DNA of 57,141 nucleotides, taken from contig JBAIWX010000141.1 in NCBI GenBank assembly GCA_037916975.1, positions 1 to 57,141 of the forward strand. The letters are read 5' to 3'. Each line of letters starts with the position of its first letter. Position 1 is the stretch's first letter. The notes beneath the pieces are model-generated. The model saw nothing but the letters and a program-made list of their open reading frames with translations. It did no database searches and was not told where the DNA came from. Source of the stretch: Gemmatimonadales bacterium (GTDB lineage Bacteria; Gemmatimonadota; Gemmatimonadetes; Gemmatimonadales; GWC2-71-9). The position numbers and the translations under genes were made by a program. Positions 21,864 to 30,443 of this stretch are shown here, piece after piece.

Positions 21864-22712
21864 ATGCCCGAGCTGCCCGAGGTCGAGACGATCGTGCGGG
21901 ACCTGCGCCCCGCCGTCGTCGGCCGCCGGCTCGAGGGGGCGCGCCTCTCGCACGACGACGTCCTCCGCGGCGTCACCCGCCGCGCCCTCGTCGCCGCCCT
22001 CGAGGGCGCCACCGTCACCGCCCTCTCCCGCCGCGCCAAGCACGCCGTCTTCGAGCTCCACCGCGCCGACTGGAACGGCGGCGGCCCGCGCCGCCTCGTC
22101 GTGCAGCCCGGGATGAGCGGCGCGCTCCTCGTCCACGAGCGGCCGCTCGAGGGCGCGGCCACCCGCTACGCGGTGCTGCGCGCCCGGCTCGACGACGGCC
22201 GCGAGCTCGTCTACCGCGACGTGCGCCGCCTCGGCACCCTCCTCCTCCTCGACGCGGCGGGCTGGACGGCGTACGACGCCGCGATCGGCCCCGAGCCGCT
22301 CGACCCCGCGCTCGACGACGCGGCCTTCGCCGCGATGCTCGCCGGCACCCGGCAGGCGGTGAAGAAGGTGATCATGGACCAGCGGAAGCTGGCCGGCGTG
22401 GGGAACATCTACGCGAACGAGGCGCTCTTCGCGGCGGGGATCGACCCCTCCAAGCCCGCCGACCAGGTGTCGCCCGGGGCGGCCGCCCGTCTCCTGGGCC
22501 ACGTCCGGCGCATCCTCGAGGCGGCGATCGCCTCGAAGGGCACCACCTTCCGCGACTACCGCACCGGCACCGGCGAGCGGGGGAACTTCCAGCTCGAGCT
22601 CTTCGTGTACGGACGCGAGGGGGAGCGCTGCAGGGCCTGCGGCACCCGCCTCGCGCACACGCACGCGATCGACGCGCGCATCACCGTCTTCTGCCACCGC
22701 TGCCAGCGATGA
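21864..22712 (+). CDS. mutM: Formamidopyrimidine-DNA glycosylase
   Basis: MPELPEVET, D.RRLG, AGVGNIYANE, zinc finger CRAC...FCHRCQ. Confidence 0.97.
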   Translation: MPELPEVETIVRDLRPAVVGRRLEGARLSHDDVLRGVTRRALVAALEGATVTALSRRAKHAVFELHRADWNGGGPRRLVVQPGMSGALLVHERPLEGAATRYAVLRARLDDGRELVYRDVRRLGTLLLLDAAGWTAYDAAIGPEPLDPALDDAAFAAMLAGTRQAVKKVIMDQRKLAGVGNIYANEALFAAGIDPSKPADQVSPGAAARLLGHVRRILEAAIASKGTTFRDYRTGTGERGNFQLELFVYGREGERCRACGTRLAHTHAIDARITVFCHRCQR

Positions 22713-23803
22713 GCCGGGCCGCGGCGCTCCTCCTCCCCGCCACCGACCTCGAGCGCCTGCGGCGCCGCGTCCGGGCGCTCGCCGAGAACCGCCCCGCGGT
22801 GTACCGCATGCTCTCGGCGACGGGGCGCGTCCTCTACGCGGGGAAGGCGCGCCGGCTCCGGACCCGGCTCCTCACCTACTTCCGCGCCGAGTACCCGGCC
22901 GACAAGCAGGCGCGGATCCTCCACGCCGCGCACGACATCCAGTGGGACTACGCGCCGAGCGAGTTCGCGGCGTGCCTCGCCGAGCTGCGCTGCATCCGGC
23001 AGCACCGGCCGCCCTTCAACGTGGCGATGAACCGCACGCGCCGCTCGGTGCTGGTGAAGGTCTCCGGCGGCCCGGCGCCGCGCGTGTACGCCGGCACGAG
23101 CGTCGTGGCCGGCGACGTCGCGGCCTACGGCCCCTTCGCCTCCCTCGGCCGTACCCTCGACGCCGTCCGCACGCTCAACGACCTCCTCGGCCTCCGCGAC
23201 TGCGGCCCGACGATGCCGATCGTCTACGAGCCGCAGGGCGACCTCTTCGGGGCGCCACTCCAGGCGGGCTGCATCCGCCACGAACTCGGCACCTGCTGCG
23301 GGCCCTGCGCGGCGCTCGTCGGCGAGGGCGACTACCACCGCCGCGTGGCGGTCGCCGCCGCGTTCCTCGAGGGCCGCTCGCTCGAGCCGGTGGCGCGCAC
23401 CGTCGCGCAGATGACGTCGGCGGCCGAGCGCCACGACTTCGAGCGCGCGGGCTTCTGGCGCGACCGGTTCGAGCGGCTCGAGTGGCTCCTCGCCGCCACG
23501 AGCCGCGCCCGGGCCGCCGTGGACCTGCTCACCTTCGTGTATCGCGATCCCGGCGAGTTCGGCGACGATCGCGCCTACCTCGTGCGCCACGGCGTCGTGC
23601 GCGCGGTCTATCCGTGGCCCGGCACCCCCATCGAGCGCGAGGCCTTCCGCGGCGTGCTCGCGGCCGAGCTCGCCTGCCCCGTACCGCCGCCGTGGCCCCT
23701 CCCCCTCGAACACCTCGACGAGATCCTGCTCCTCATGTCCTGGTTCCGGCGGCACCCGGACGCGCTGCGGCGGACGTTCCCCTTCGAAACATGGCTCGCC
23801 TGA
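22709..23803 (+). CDS. UvrC N-terminal-like (Cho-like) GIY-YIG endonuclease with Cys cluster and UVR domain
   Basis: PAVYRM...VLYAGKA..LR.RL..YF, E...I....PPFN, LRDC...CIRHELGTCCGPC, MTSAAERHDFERA..WRDR; no RNase H or HhH half. Confidence 0.85.
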   Translation: MSRAAALLLPATDLERLRRRVRALAENRPAVYRMLSATGRVLYAGKARRLRTRLLTYFRAEYPADKQARILHAAHDIQWDYAPSEFAACLAELRCIRQHRPPFNVAMNRTRRSVLVKVSGGPAPRVYAGTSVVAGDVAAYGPFASLGRTLDAVRTLNDLLGLRDCGPTMPIVYEPQGDLFGAPLQAGCIRHELGTCCGPCAALVGEGDYHRRVAVAAAFLEGRSLEPVARTVAQMTSAAERHDFERAGFWRDRFERLEWLLAATSRARAAVDLLTFVYRDPGEFGDDRAYLVRHGVVRAVYPWPGTPIEREAFRGVLAAELACPVPPPWPLPLEHLDEILLLMSWFRRHPDALRRTFPFETWLA

Positions 23804-24001
23804 GGTCTCGCGACCTGCGAGGCCATGGCGATGCCGGGTCCCTCCCGTTCGCGCAGAATCTCCCATCCCGCCAGCGCCCGATTTCAGGTCAGCGGCACCC
23901 TGATTTTCAAGTGGCTGAATTACAATGAGATAGACGTATCGCCACCATGGCGACAGCATTGAATTTCGCGACACCGATCCGCGCCCTTCCGATCCGCCAC
24001 G

Positions 24002-24017
24002 TGGCATCCCTCCTGCC
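24002..24017 (+). promoter_or_regulatory. Putative sigma54 (-24/-12) promoter of M23 peptidase
   Basis: TGGCATCCCTCCTGC = GG-N10-GC; preceded by an unusually AT-rich tract (about 23880-23970). Confidence 0.5.
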
Positions 24018-24053
24018 CATCCTCCGGCCAGCCGATAACTCGACCCGGACGCC

Positions 24054-25037
24054 ATGCACCTCCTCCTCGCGCTCGCCCTCCTCGGGGCCGCCCCGGACTC
24101 CGTCCGGCCGGCCGCCCGGCCCGTGCCCCGCACGGAACCGGCGGCGCGATTGGTCATCTTCCCCGTCTCCGAGCAGCGGATCGGACGCTGGTACCCGCAG
24201 CCGGTGCTCGTCCAGGGCGCCTTCCGGCCGTCGTTCCTCGCCTCCCTCGCCGGCGCCATCCCCGATTCGGTCCTCGACGCGCACGAGCGCCTCGTCATGG
24301 CGCTCGACCTCGCCGCGCGCTTCCGCTGGCAGGTGGACTTCGCCCGCGACCTGGAGCGCGGCGGGCAGTTCACCATCACCTTCGAGCGCTACCTCTCGTC
24401 CGAGGGCGAGGTGCGCTACGGCCGGTTGCTGGGGGCGGAGCTGGCGGTGGGCAAGCGGACGGCGGAAGCCTTCGTCTACGACCTGCCGGACGGCCGGGCG
24501 GAATACTACGACGCGCGCGGCCGGTCCCTCGAGCGGAACTTCCTGAGCGCGCCGGTCGAGTTCCAGCGCGTCACCTCGGGCTACACCCTCGCGCGCTTCC
24601 ACCCGATCCTGCAGCAGTGGCGGGCACACCGGGGCATCGACTACGGCGCGGAGCCGGGGACGCCGGTGCTCGCCGTGGGCGACGGCACCGTGCTGCGCGC
24701 CGGCTGGGCGGGGGCGTACGGGCAGCTCGTCGAGATCCGGCACGCCAACGGCGTCATCACCCGCTACGGCCACCTGCGCGGCTTCGCGCCGGGCCTCCGC
24801 GCGGGCAGCGTCGTCCGCCAGGGTGACTGCGTCGGCTACGTGGGCAGCACCGGCCTCGCCACCGGGCCCCACCTGCACTTCGAGCTCCGGCTCAACGGCG
24901 TGCCGGTGGATCCCCTCCGCGTCCCCGCGGGGGACGGCACGCCGATCCCCGCCGCGTACCGCGCCGACTTCGACGAGCAGCTGCTCCGCCACCGGCTGAT
25001 GCTGAGCACCGCCTTCGCGGCGCTCTCCAGCCGCTAG
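24054..25037 (+). CDS. M23 family peptidoglycan endopeptidase
   Basis: Signal peptide; RFHPIL..WRAHRGIDYGA, YGHL, VGSTGLATGPHLHFE. Confidence 0.93.
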   Translation: MHLLLALALLGAAPDSVRPAARPVPRTEPAARLVIFPVSEQRIGRWYPQPVLVQGAFRPSFLASLAGAIPDSVLDAHERLVMALDLAARFRWQVDFARDLERGGQFTITFERYLSSEGEVRYGRLLGAELAVGKRTAEAFVYDLPDGRAEYYDARGRSLERNFLSAPVEFQRVTSGYTLARFHPILQQWRAHRGIDYGAEPGTPVLAVGDGTVLRAGWAGAYGQLVEIRHANGVITRYGHLRGFAPGLRAGSVVRQGDCVGYVGSTGLATGPHLHFELRLNGVPVDPLRVPAGDGTPIPAAYRADFDEQLLRHRLMLSTAFAALSSR

Positions 25038-25050
25038 CCCGCACACCCCC

Positions 25051-25743
25051 TCACCGCAGCGGCGCCACCCACGCCCAGCGTGGCGGCTGGCGCTCCACCT
25101 CGGTCGCGCGCTGGCCTTCCGCCGGGGGCGGCCAGCTGCGCCAGCCGTGCGGCCGGTCGTCGTACAGCGTGACCGCCAGCGCGGCGCCGTGCCCCGCCTC
25201 CCCCGCGAACCAGCCCCGGTCGAGCCGCAGCTCCACGCTCCAGCCCGTCGCCGACGACGCGACGCGGAACGCGTAGTTCTCCGCGTCGAGCGCCCGGCCC
25301 ACCCGCCAGTCGGGGTCGCCGTTGGGCGGCATCCACCGCCCGTGCACGCCCCGGTTCACGACGCTCGAGTCCGCGACCCGCTGCACCACCCACTGCGTGT
25401 CGTCGTGCCCCGGCTGCGGCGTGCGGTCGCCCAAGGGGTCGAGGCTCAGCGTGAATGCGTCGCGCCACGAGACGCTGCTGTCCGGGATGACGGCGGCGAC
25501 GTACACCGACGAGTCGGCGGCGGCGAGCCAGACGAGCGCCTCGCCCTGCGCCGTCGCGATGCGGAGCGCGGGCGCGCCGTACTCCCCGGCGCTCGCGCGC
25601 CCGTCGAGCGCGGGGGGCGCGGCCAGCCGCGTGATCGCGAGCGTGTCCGGTGCGACGGACGCCCGTTGCGCGGCCGCGCGGGCGGGCGACAGCAGGGCCA
25701 GGGCCGCCAGCAGCGCGGGCACGCGGCGCACGGCGCTCAGCAC
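25051..25743 (-). CDS. Secreted protein, DOMON/CBM9-like fold (tentative)
   Basis: Signal peptide; PPALDG, VYVAA, D.FTLSLDP..D, GWSVELRL pattern. Confidence 0.6.
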   Translation of the reverse strand: MLSAVRRVPALLAALALLSPARAAAQRASVAPDTLAITRLAAPPALDGRASAGEYGAPALRIATAQGEALVWLAAADSSVYVAAVIPDSSVSWRDAFTLSLDPLGDRTPQPGHDDTQWVVQRVADSSVVNRGVHGRWMPPNGDPDWRVGRALDAENYAFRVASSATGWSVELRLDRGWFAGEAGHGAALAVTLYDDRPHGWRSWPPPAEGQRATEVERQPPRWAWVAPLR

Positions 25744-25780
25744 GGCGCCCCCGCACGCCGGGGGCGCCGCGCGGGCTGCG

Positions 25781-26152
25781 TCAGGCGGGACGCGCGGGCA
25801 GCGGGCGGCGCAGCACCCAGTTGGCGAGGAAGAGCAGCCCGATCAGGAGCAGCGACCCCGAGATGATCGCGATCGCGGACCAGTGCATCCGCTCCCACGC
25901 CCAGACGAAGTACCAGAGGGCGAGCCCGATGTAGGCGATCGCGCCCAGCCACTCCGTGCGCCACGCCAAGGCCAGGATGATCAGGACCAGCCACGTGGGC
26001 ACCAGGTGCATGAACAGCCCGACGATCGTGCCCCAGATGCCGAGGTGCATCCCGAAGACGTCGAGCGCGAAGATCGAGAACAAGGCGGCGAGCAGGATCG
26101 TGAGGACGCGCGGTGCCCAGTAGAGCACTGGCGGGACGGCGGGGGAGCGCAT
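25781..26152 (-). CDS. Small 4-TM membrane protein
   Basis: WAPRVL.IL...F.SIFALDVF, FMHLVP; GAGGAGG RBS before ATG. Confidence 0.75.
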   Translation of the reverse strand: MRSPAVPPVLYWAPRVLTILLAALFSIFALDVFGMHLGIWGTIVGLFMHLVPTWLVLIILALAWRTEWLGAIAYIGLALWYFVWAWERMHWSAIAIISGSLLLIGLLFLANWVLRRPLPARPA

Positions 26153-26321
26153 GCAACCCTCCTCGGCCCGGCGGCCGATGCGGGTGTTGGCCGCGCCCGG
26201 CGCGGACGGCCGGTCGCGCGGCCACACCGCTCGCGCCACGATAATGCACGGGACGCCGGACCACCATGAAGGTTCCCTGAGGTGGGGAGCGCCGCGGCCG
26301 GGCCCACGCCGCCCGCCCGCG

Positions 26322-26810
26322 CTACTCCTCGTCGGTGAGTGGGACGTGCCGCCCGCGGGGCGGGATGCCCGGCTCGAGCTCGAGGATCGCCACGCACGGA
26401 AGCCCGTCCCGCAGCCGCTGGCGGCCCGCGGCGCCCGGGTTGAGCACCGTGACGGTGAGGTCCACCGTGGCGAGGAGCTTCCGGTGGGTGTGCCCGTGCA
26501 CGATCAGCTCCGCGTCCGGGAAGGCGGCGTGGAGCGCCTCGGGGGTGAGCGGCTCGACCTGGTCGCCGTGCGTCACCACCACGTTGAACCCCTCGAGCTC
26601 GAAGGCGGCGACGCGCGGGAGCCGCGCCCGCAGCTCCATCGGGTCGGTATTGCCCCAGACCGCCGTGACCGGCGCGATCGCCTCGAGTTCGGTGAGGATC
26701 TCCGCCGAGCCGACGTCCCCGGCGTGGAAGATGTGGTCCACACCCTCGAAGATGCCGAACACCTCGCGCCGGAGGAACCCGTGGGTGTCGGAGATCACGC
26801 CGATGCGCAT
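26322..26810 (-). CDS. YfcE/MJ0936-family metallophosphoesterase
   Basis: ISDTHG, HAGDVG, WGNTD, THGD, HGHTH, LNPG. Confidence 0.92.
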   Translation of the reverse strand: MRIGVISDTHGFLRREVFGIFEGVDHIFHAGDVGSAEILTELEAIAPVTAVWGNTDPMELRARLPRVAAFELEGFNVVVTHGDQVEPLTPEALHAAFPDAELIVHGHTHRKLLATVDLTVTVLNPGAAGRQRLRDGLPCVAILELEPGIPPRGRHVPLTDEE

Positions 26811-26835
26811 GCCGTCCTCCCCGCCCCGGCGCCGG

Positions 26836-27420
26836 TCATCCCTCCCACCGCTTCGCGATGGTGACCTCGAGCCCGAGCTGGTCGAGGATCCGCTGCACCA
26901 CGAAGTCCACCAGGTCCGACACCTGCGCCGGCCGGTGGTAGAAGCCCGGCGCCGCGGGCAGGATGGTGGCCCCGGCCTCCGCGGCGGCGGCGAGGTTCCG
27001 CAGGTGGACGAGCGAGAGCGGCGTCTCGCGGGGGACGAGGATGAGCCGCCGTCCCTCCTTCAGCGTCACGTCGGCCGCGCGCTCGACGAGCGAGCGGCTC
27101 GCGCCGTGCGCCACGGCACTCACCGTCCCCATCGAGCAGGGGCAGATCACCATCCCGGCGGTGCGCTGCGAGCCCGAGGCGGGGAGCGCGCCGCGGTCGC
27201 CGTCGGGGAAGTGCCGGACGCTCCGCCACGGCCCGCCCGTCGCCCGCTCGAGCGCGGCCACGTCCTCGATCCCGCACTCCTCCCGCAGGAGCCGGAAGCC
27301 GTGGCCAGAGACGACGAGCCACGTGGGCACGCCGTGCGTGGCGAGCACCTCGAGGAGGCGCACCGCGTAGGGCGCCCCGGAGGCGCCCGTGATGGCGAGG
27401 ACGACCGGGAGCGCCGCCAC
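26836..27420 (-). CDS. ubiX: Flavin prenyltransferase
   Basis: ITGASGA.YA, ASGS, PCSMGT, RAADVTLKE.R.LILVPRETPL, PAAPGFYHRP. Confidence 0.96.
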   Translation of the reverse strand: MAALPVVLAITGASGAPYAVRLLEVLATHGVPTWLVVSGHGFRLLREECGIEDVAALERATGGPWRSVRHFPDGDRGALPASGSQRTAGMVICPCSMGTVSAVAHGASRSLVERAADVTLKEGRRLILVPRETPLSLVHLRNLAAAAEAGATILPAAPGFYHRPAQVSDLVDFVVQRILDQLGLEVTIAKRWEG

Positions 27421-27421
27421 G

Positions 27422-28357
27422 CTAGAGGAGCCGGTCGAGCAGCGCGAAGGCGAACACCGTCACGCTCATCACGGCGTTCATGGTGAAGAACGCGGCGTCG
27501 AGGCGGGAGAGGTCGTCCGCGCGGACGAGCGAGTGCTCGTAGACGAGGATCCCCGCCGCCGCGGCGACCCCCGCGAAGTACCAGCCGCCGAAGCCCGCCT
27601 GCCAGCCGAAGAGGGCGAGCGCGGGCACCGTCACGCCGTGCAGCAGCTTGGCGAGGAGGATCGCGCGCGGGACGCCGAGGCGGACGACCGCGCTCCGGAG
27701 CCCCGTGCGCCGGTCGAAGGCCTCGTCAGGGAGGGCGTAGAAGATGTCGAAGCCCGCCACCCACGTGAGCACCGCCGCGGTGATGACGAGGAGCAGCCAC
27801 CACGGCTCGCTCCACCGGCCCGTCACCGCAAGCCATCCACCCACCGGCGCGATGGCCAGCGACATCCCGAGCCAGAGGTGCGGCCAGTAGGTGAGGCGCT
27901 TCATGAGGCTGTAGGCCATGACCCAGGCGAGCGCCACCGGCGAGAGCCACCCGCACAGCGGGTTGATCGCCGCGGAGGCGGCGACGAAGACGAGCCCCGC
28001 GACGAGGACCGACCCCCACGCCTGCCGCACCGTCAGGTGCCCCTGCGGCAGCACGCGCCGGGCGGTCCGCGGGTTCGCGGCATCGAAGTGCCGGTCGGCG
28101 AGCATGTTGAAGCCGAGCGCGACCCAGCGTGCGGCCGTGAAGGCGAGCACCACGAGCCCCACCGTGCGCCAGGTCACCGGCGCACGGAGCGAGGCGGCGA
28201 GCACCCCGACCAGCGCGAACGGCAGCGCGAAGAGGGTGTGCGGGAGCTTGACGAAGTTGGCGTAGCGGACGAGCAGCGACTCGCCGCGGATCACCTGCCC
28301 GTCGGGCACCGGCACCGCCACGGTGCCCCCGGGCTGGGGACGATTGTCGGGATCCAT
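27422..28357 (-). CDS. UbiA-like polyprenyltransferase (MqnP-type)
   Basis: VKLPHTLFALPFA, FNMLADRHFDAANPRTARR, WVAGFDIFYALPD, AFFTMN. Confidence 0.9.
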   Translation of the reverse strand: MDPDNRPQPGGTVAVPVPDGQVIRGESLLVRYANFVKLPHTLFALPFALVGVLAASLRAPVTWRTVGLVVLAFTAARWVALGFNMLADRHFDAANPRTARRVLPQGHLTVRQAWGSVLVAGLVFVAASAAINPLCGWLSPVALAWVMAYSLMKRLTYWPHLWLGMSLAIAPVGGWLAVTGRWSEPWWLLLVITAAVLTWVAGFDIFYALPDEAFDRRTGLRSAVVRLGVPRAILLAKLLHGVTVPALALFGWQAGFGGWYFAGVAAAAGILVYEHSLVRADDLSRLDAAFFTMNAVMSVTVFAFALLDRLL

Positions 28358-28373
28358 CGGTCCTCGGTCTCGG

Positions 28374-29102
28374 TCAGGCGCGGGCGCCGGCGTGCATCGC
28401 GCAGGCGCCGCCCATCAGCACTTCGAAATCCACCCCGGCGAAGCCCTGCCGTTCCATCCGCCGCGCGAACTCCCGGGGCGCCGGGAAGTGCCGCGACGAC
28501 TCTGGAAGCCACGCATAGGCCGTCCTATGTTTCGACACGGCACGCCCGAGCGGCGGCAGCAGGTAGCGGAAATAGAGGGTGAACAGGGCGCGGAACGGTC
28601 CCGGTTCCGGCTGCGAGGTCTCGAGGACCACGAGCCGGGCCCCCGGCCGGAGCACCCGGGCGATCTCGGCGAGGCCCGCGTCGAGGTCCACCAGGTTCCG
28701 CATGCCCCACCCGACCGTGGCGCCGTCGAAGCTCGCATCCGCGAATGGCAGCTGCAGGGCGTCCGCGGTCACCGGCAGCACGGCGTCCGCCTTGCCGCGG
28801 CCCGCCTGGAGCATCCTCGGCACGAAGTCGGCCCCGATCACGCGCCCCCGGAACCCGGGCTCGCGCGCGAGCATGGCCCCGAAGTCGAGCGTGCCGGCGC
28901 AGAGATCGAGGTAGGTGCCGTCGGGCCGCCGCTCCCAGCCCAGGCGGCGCACCGCGCGCCGCCGCCAGCGCTGGTCGAAATTGAGGCTGATCACCCGGTT
29001 CATCCGGTCGTACGTCGGGGCGATCGCCGAGAACATCTCCCGGACGTAGGCCCGCTTCGCCGGTCCGCCGGAAACGGGTAACTCTTGATCGGATGCGAAC
29101 AT
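28374..29102 (-). CDS. menG: Demethylmenaquinone methyltransferase (UbiE/MenG)
   Basis: VREMFSAIAPTYDRMN, LDLCAGT, DALQLPFADASFD, RVLRPG, AYAWLPES. Confidence 0.9.
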   Translation of the reverse strand: MFASDQELPVSGGPAKRAYVREMFSAIAPTYDRMNRVISLNFDQRWRRRAVRRLGWERRPDGTYLDLCAGTLDFGAMLAREPGFRGRVIGADFVPRMLQAGRGKADAVLPVTADALQLPFADASFDGATVGWGMRNLVDLDAGLAEIARVLRPGARLVVLETSQPEPGPFRALFTLYFRYLLPPLGRAVSKHRTAYAWLPESSRHFPAPREFARRMERQGFAGVDFEVLMGGACAMHAGARA

Positions 29103-29110
29103 ACGCGCCA

Positions 29111-29140
29111 AATGTAGTCCCTCGCGGCGAAGCTCGGCAA
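29111..29140 (-). promoter_or_regulatory. Sigma70-like promoter, near-leaderless menG transcript
   Basis: Minus strand TTGCCG-N18-TACATT-N8-ATG. Confidence 0.55.
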
Positions 29141-29155
29141 GCACGGTGACGCCGC

Positions 29156-29761
29156 GTGGCTGATACCCGGCAGAACCTCTCCGGGCTCACCGACCAGGAG
29201 GTCGTGCTCCGCGCCCGGCAGGGCGAGGAGCGCGCCTACCGCGAACTCGTCCGGCGCTACGAGCGGCCGATCTTTTCGTTGCTCTATCGCATGGTCCGCG
29301 ACCGCGAGCTGGCCGAGGACCTGTCGCAGGAGACGTTCGTCAAGGCGCTCAACGCCATCGAGTCCTACCGCCCCGAGTACAAGTTCTCCAGCTGGATCTT
29401 CAAGATCGCGAACAACGCCGCGATCGATCACCTCCGCCGGCGCGAGCTCGACACGCTCTCGCTCGAGGGGTCGCCGCACGCCGAGACGCCGGAGGCGATG
29501 GAGGCCACGGCGCTCCAGATCGGCGACCGCGGCGAGACCCCGCTCGACATCGTCGAGGCCAAGGAGCTGGGCGGGGAGATCGAGCAGGCGATCGCGCGGC
29601 TCCGCCCGGAGTATCGCGCCTGCATCATGCTCCGCCACATCGACGGCCGGGCCTACGAGGAGATCGCCGAGATCCTCGACCTCCCGCTCGGCACCGTCAA
29701 GACCTATATCCACCGTGCCCGCAACGAGTTGCGCCAGTACTTGGCGCACCTGCGCCAGTAG
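29156..29761 (+). CDS. ECF RNA polymerase sigma factor (SigW/SigE-like)
   Basis: LAEDLSQETFVKA, FSSWIFKIANN.AIDHLRRR, YEEIAEILDLPLGTVKTYIHRAR. Confidence 0.95.
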   Translation: MADTRQNLSGLTDQEVVLRARQGEERAYRELVRRYERPIFSLLYRMVRDRELAEDLSQETFVKALNAIESYRPEYKFSSWIFKIANNAAIDHLRRRELDTLSLEGSPHAETPEAMEATALQIGDRGETPLDIVEAKELGGEIEQAIARLRPEYRACIMLRHIDGRAYEEIAEILDLPLGTVKTYIHRARNELRQYLAHLRQ

Positions 29762-29794
29762 GGGGAGCCCGGACAGTGTCGCAACGTGAAACGG

Positions 29795-29821
29795 TGAAAC
29801 CAGAGTTCGGACCCGCGCGTA
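29795..29821 (+). promoter_or_regulatory. ECF-type promoter between sigma and anti-sigma genes
   Basis: TGAAAC-N17-CGTA (a second TGAAAC at 29787-29792); resembles B. subtilis SigW consensus TGAAAC-N16-CGTA. Confidence 0.65.
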
Positions 29822-29834
29822 CATGGGGGTGTCT

Positions 29835-30443
29835 ATGACGCGACCGATCACCCAGCACCTGAGCGCCGACGAGCTCGACCTCGTTCTCGAGGGCACCATC
29901 CCCGAGAGCGTGCGCGCGCACGTGAATGCGTGCGCACCGTGCGAGCGCCTGGTGTTCGAGGAGCGTGCCCTCGTGCGGGAGCTGGCGCACCTGCCGCTCC
30001 ACGTGCCGTCGGTGGGCTTCGAGGATCGCGTCATGGCGCAGGTGCGGATCGCCGATCCGCGCCAGTCCCGTGCGGTGGCCCGGGTGGGCCGCCGCCTCTT
30101 CGCCACTCGCCGGTCCGCCCTGGCCGCCGCGGGGCTCCTCACGGCACTCGCCGGCTCCATGGCCGCGAGTGTCGTCTGGACGCTCGGTCACCGCGACGTG
30201 CTCGCCACGTGGGGCTCCGCTGCGCTCGACCAGGTCCTGCAGGTGACCTGGACGGCGCTGCGGTCGCTCACGGCCACGGCCATCGAGCAACCCTGGTACG
30301 CGACGCTCCGCAGCACGCTCGACGCCCCCGCCCGCCTGGCCTTCGTGGCCGGCGCCTCGGCGGCGGCGTGGGCGGGCGGGATGCTCGCGCTGCGCCGGGT
30401 GCTCGCGCTTCCCGTCCGGCGGGTGGCTCATGACCGCCCCTAG
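29835..30443 (+). CDS. Zinc-binding (ZAS) membrane anti-sigma factor
   Basis: HLS...HVNACAPC (HxxxCxxC), PSVGFEDRVM, two TM segments; follows ECF sigma; alternative ATG at 29823. Confidence 0.85.
   Translation: MTRPITQHLSADELDLVLEGTIPESVRAHVNACAPCERLVFEERALVRELAHLPLHVPSVGFEDRVMAQVRIADPRQSRAVARVGRRLFATRRSALAAAGLLTALAGSMAASVVWTLGHRDVLATWGSAALDQVLQVTWTALRSLTATAIEQPWYATLRSTLDAPARLAFVAGASAAAWAGGMLALRRVLALPVRRVAHDRP

Noticed and set aside
23804-24053. Low-GC tract as horizontally acquired DNA or ncRNA
   Set aside because: Short, no mobile-element signature or recognisable RNA fold; better explained as promoter DNA
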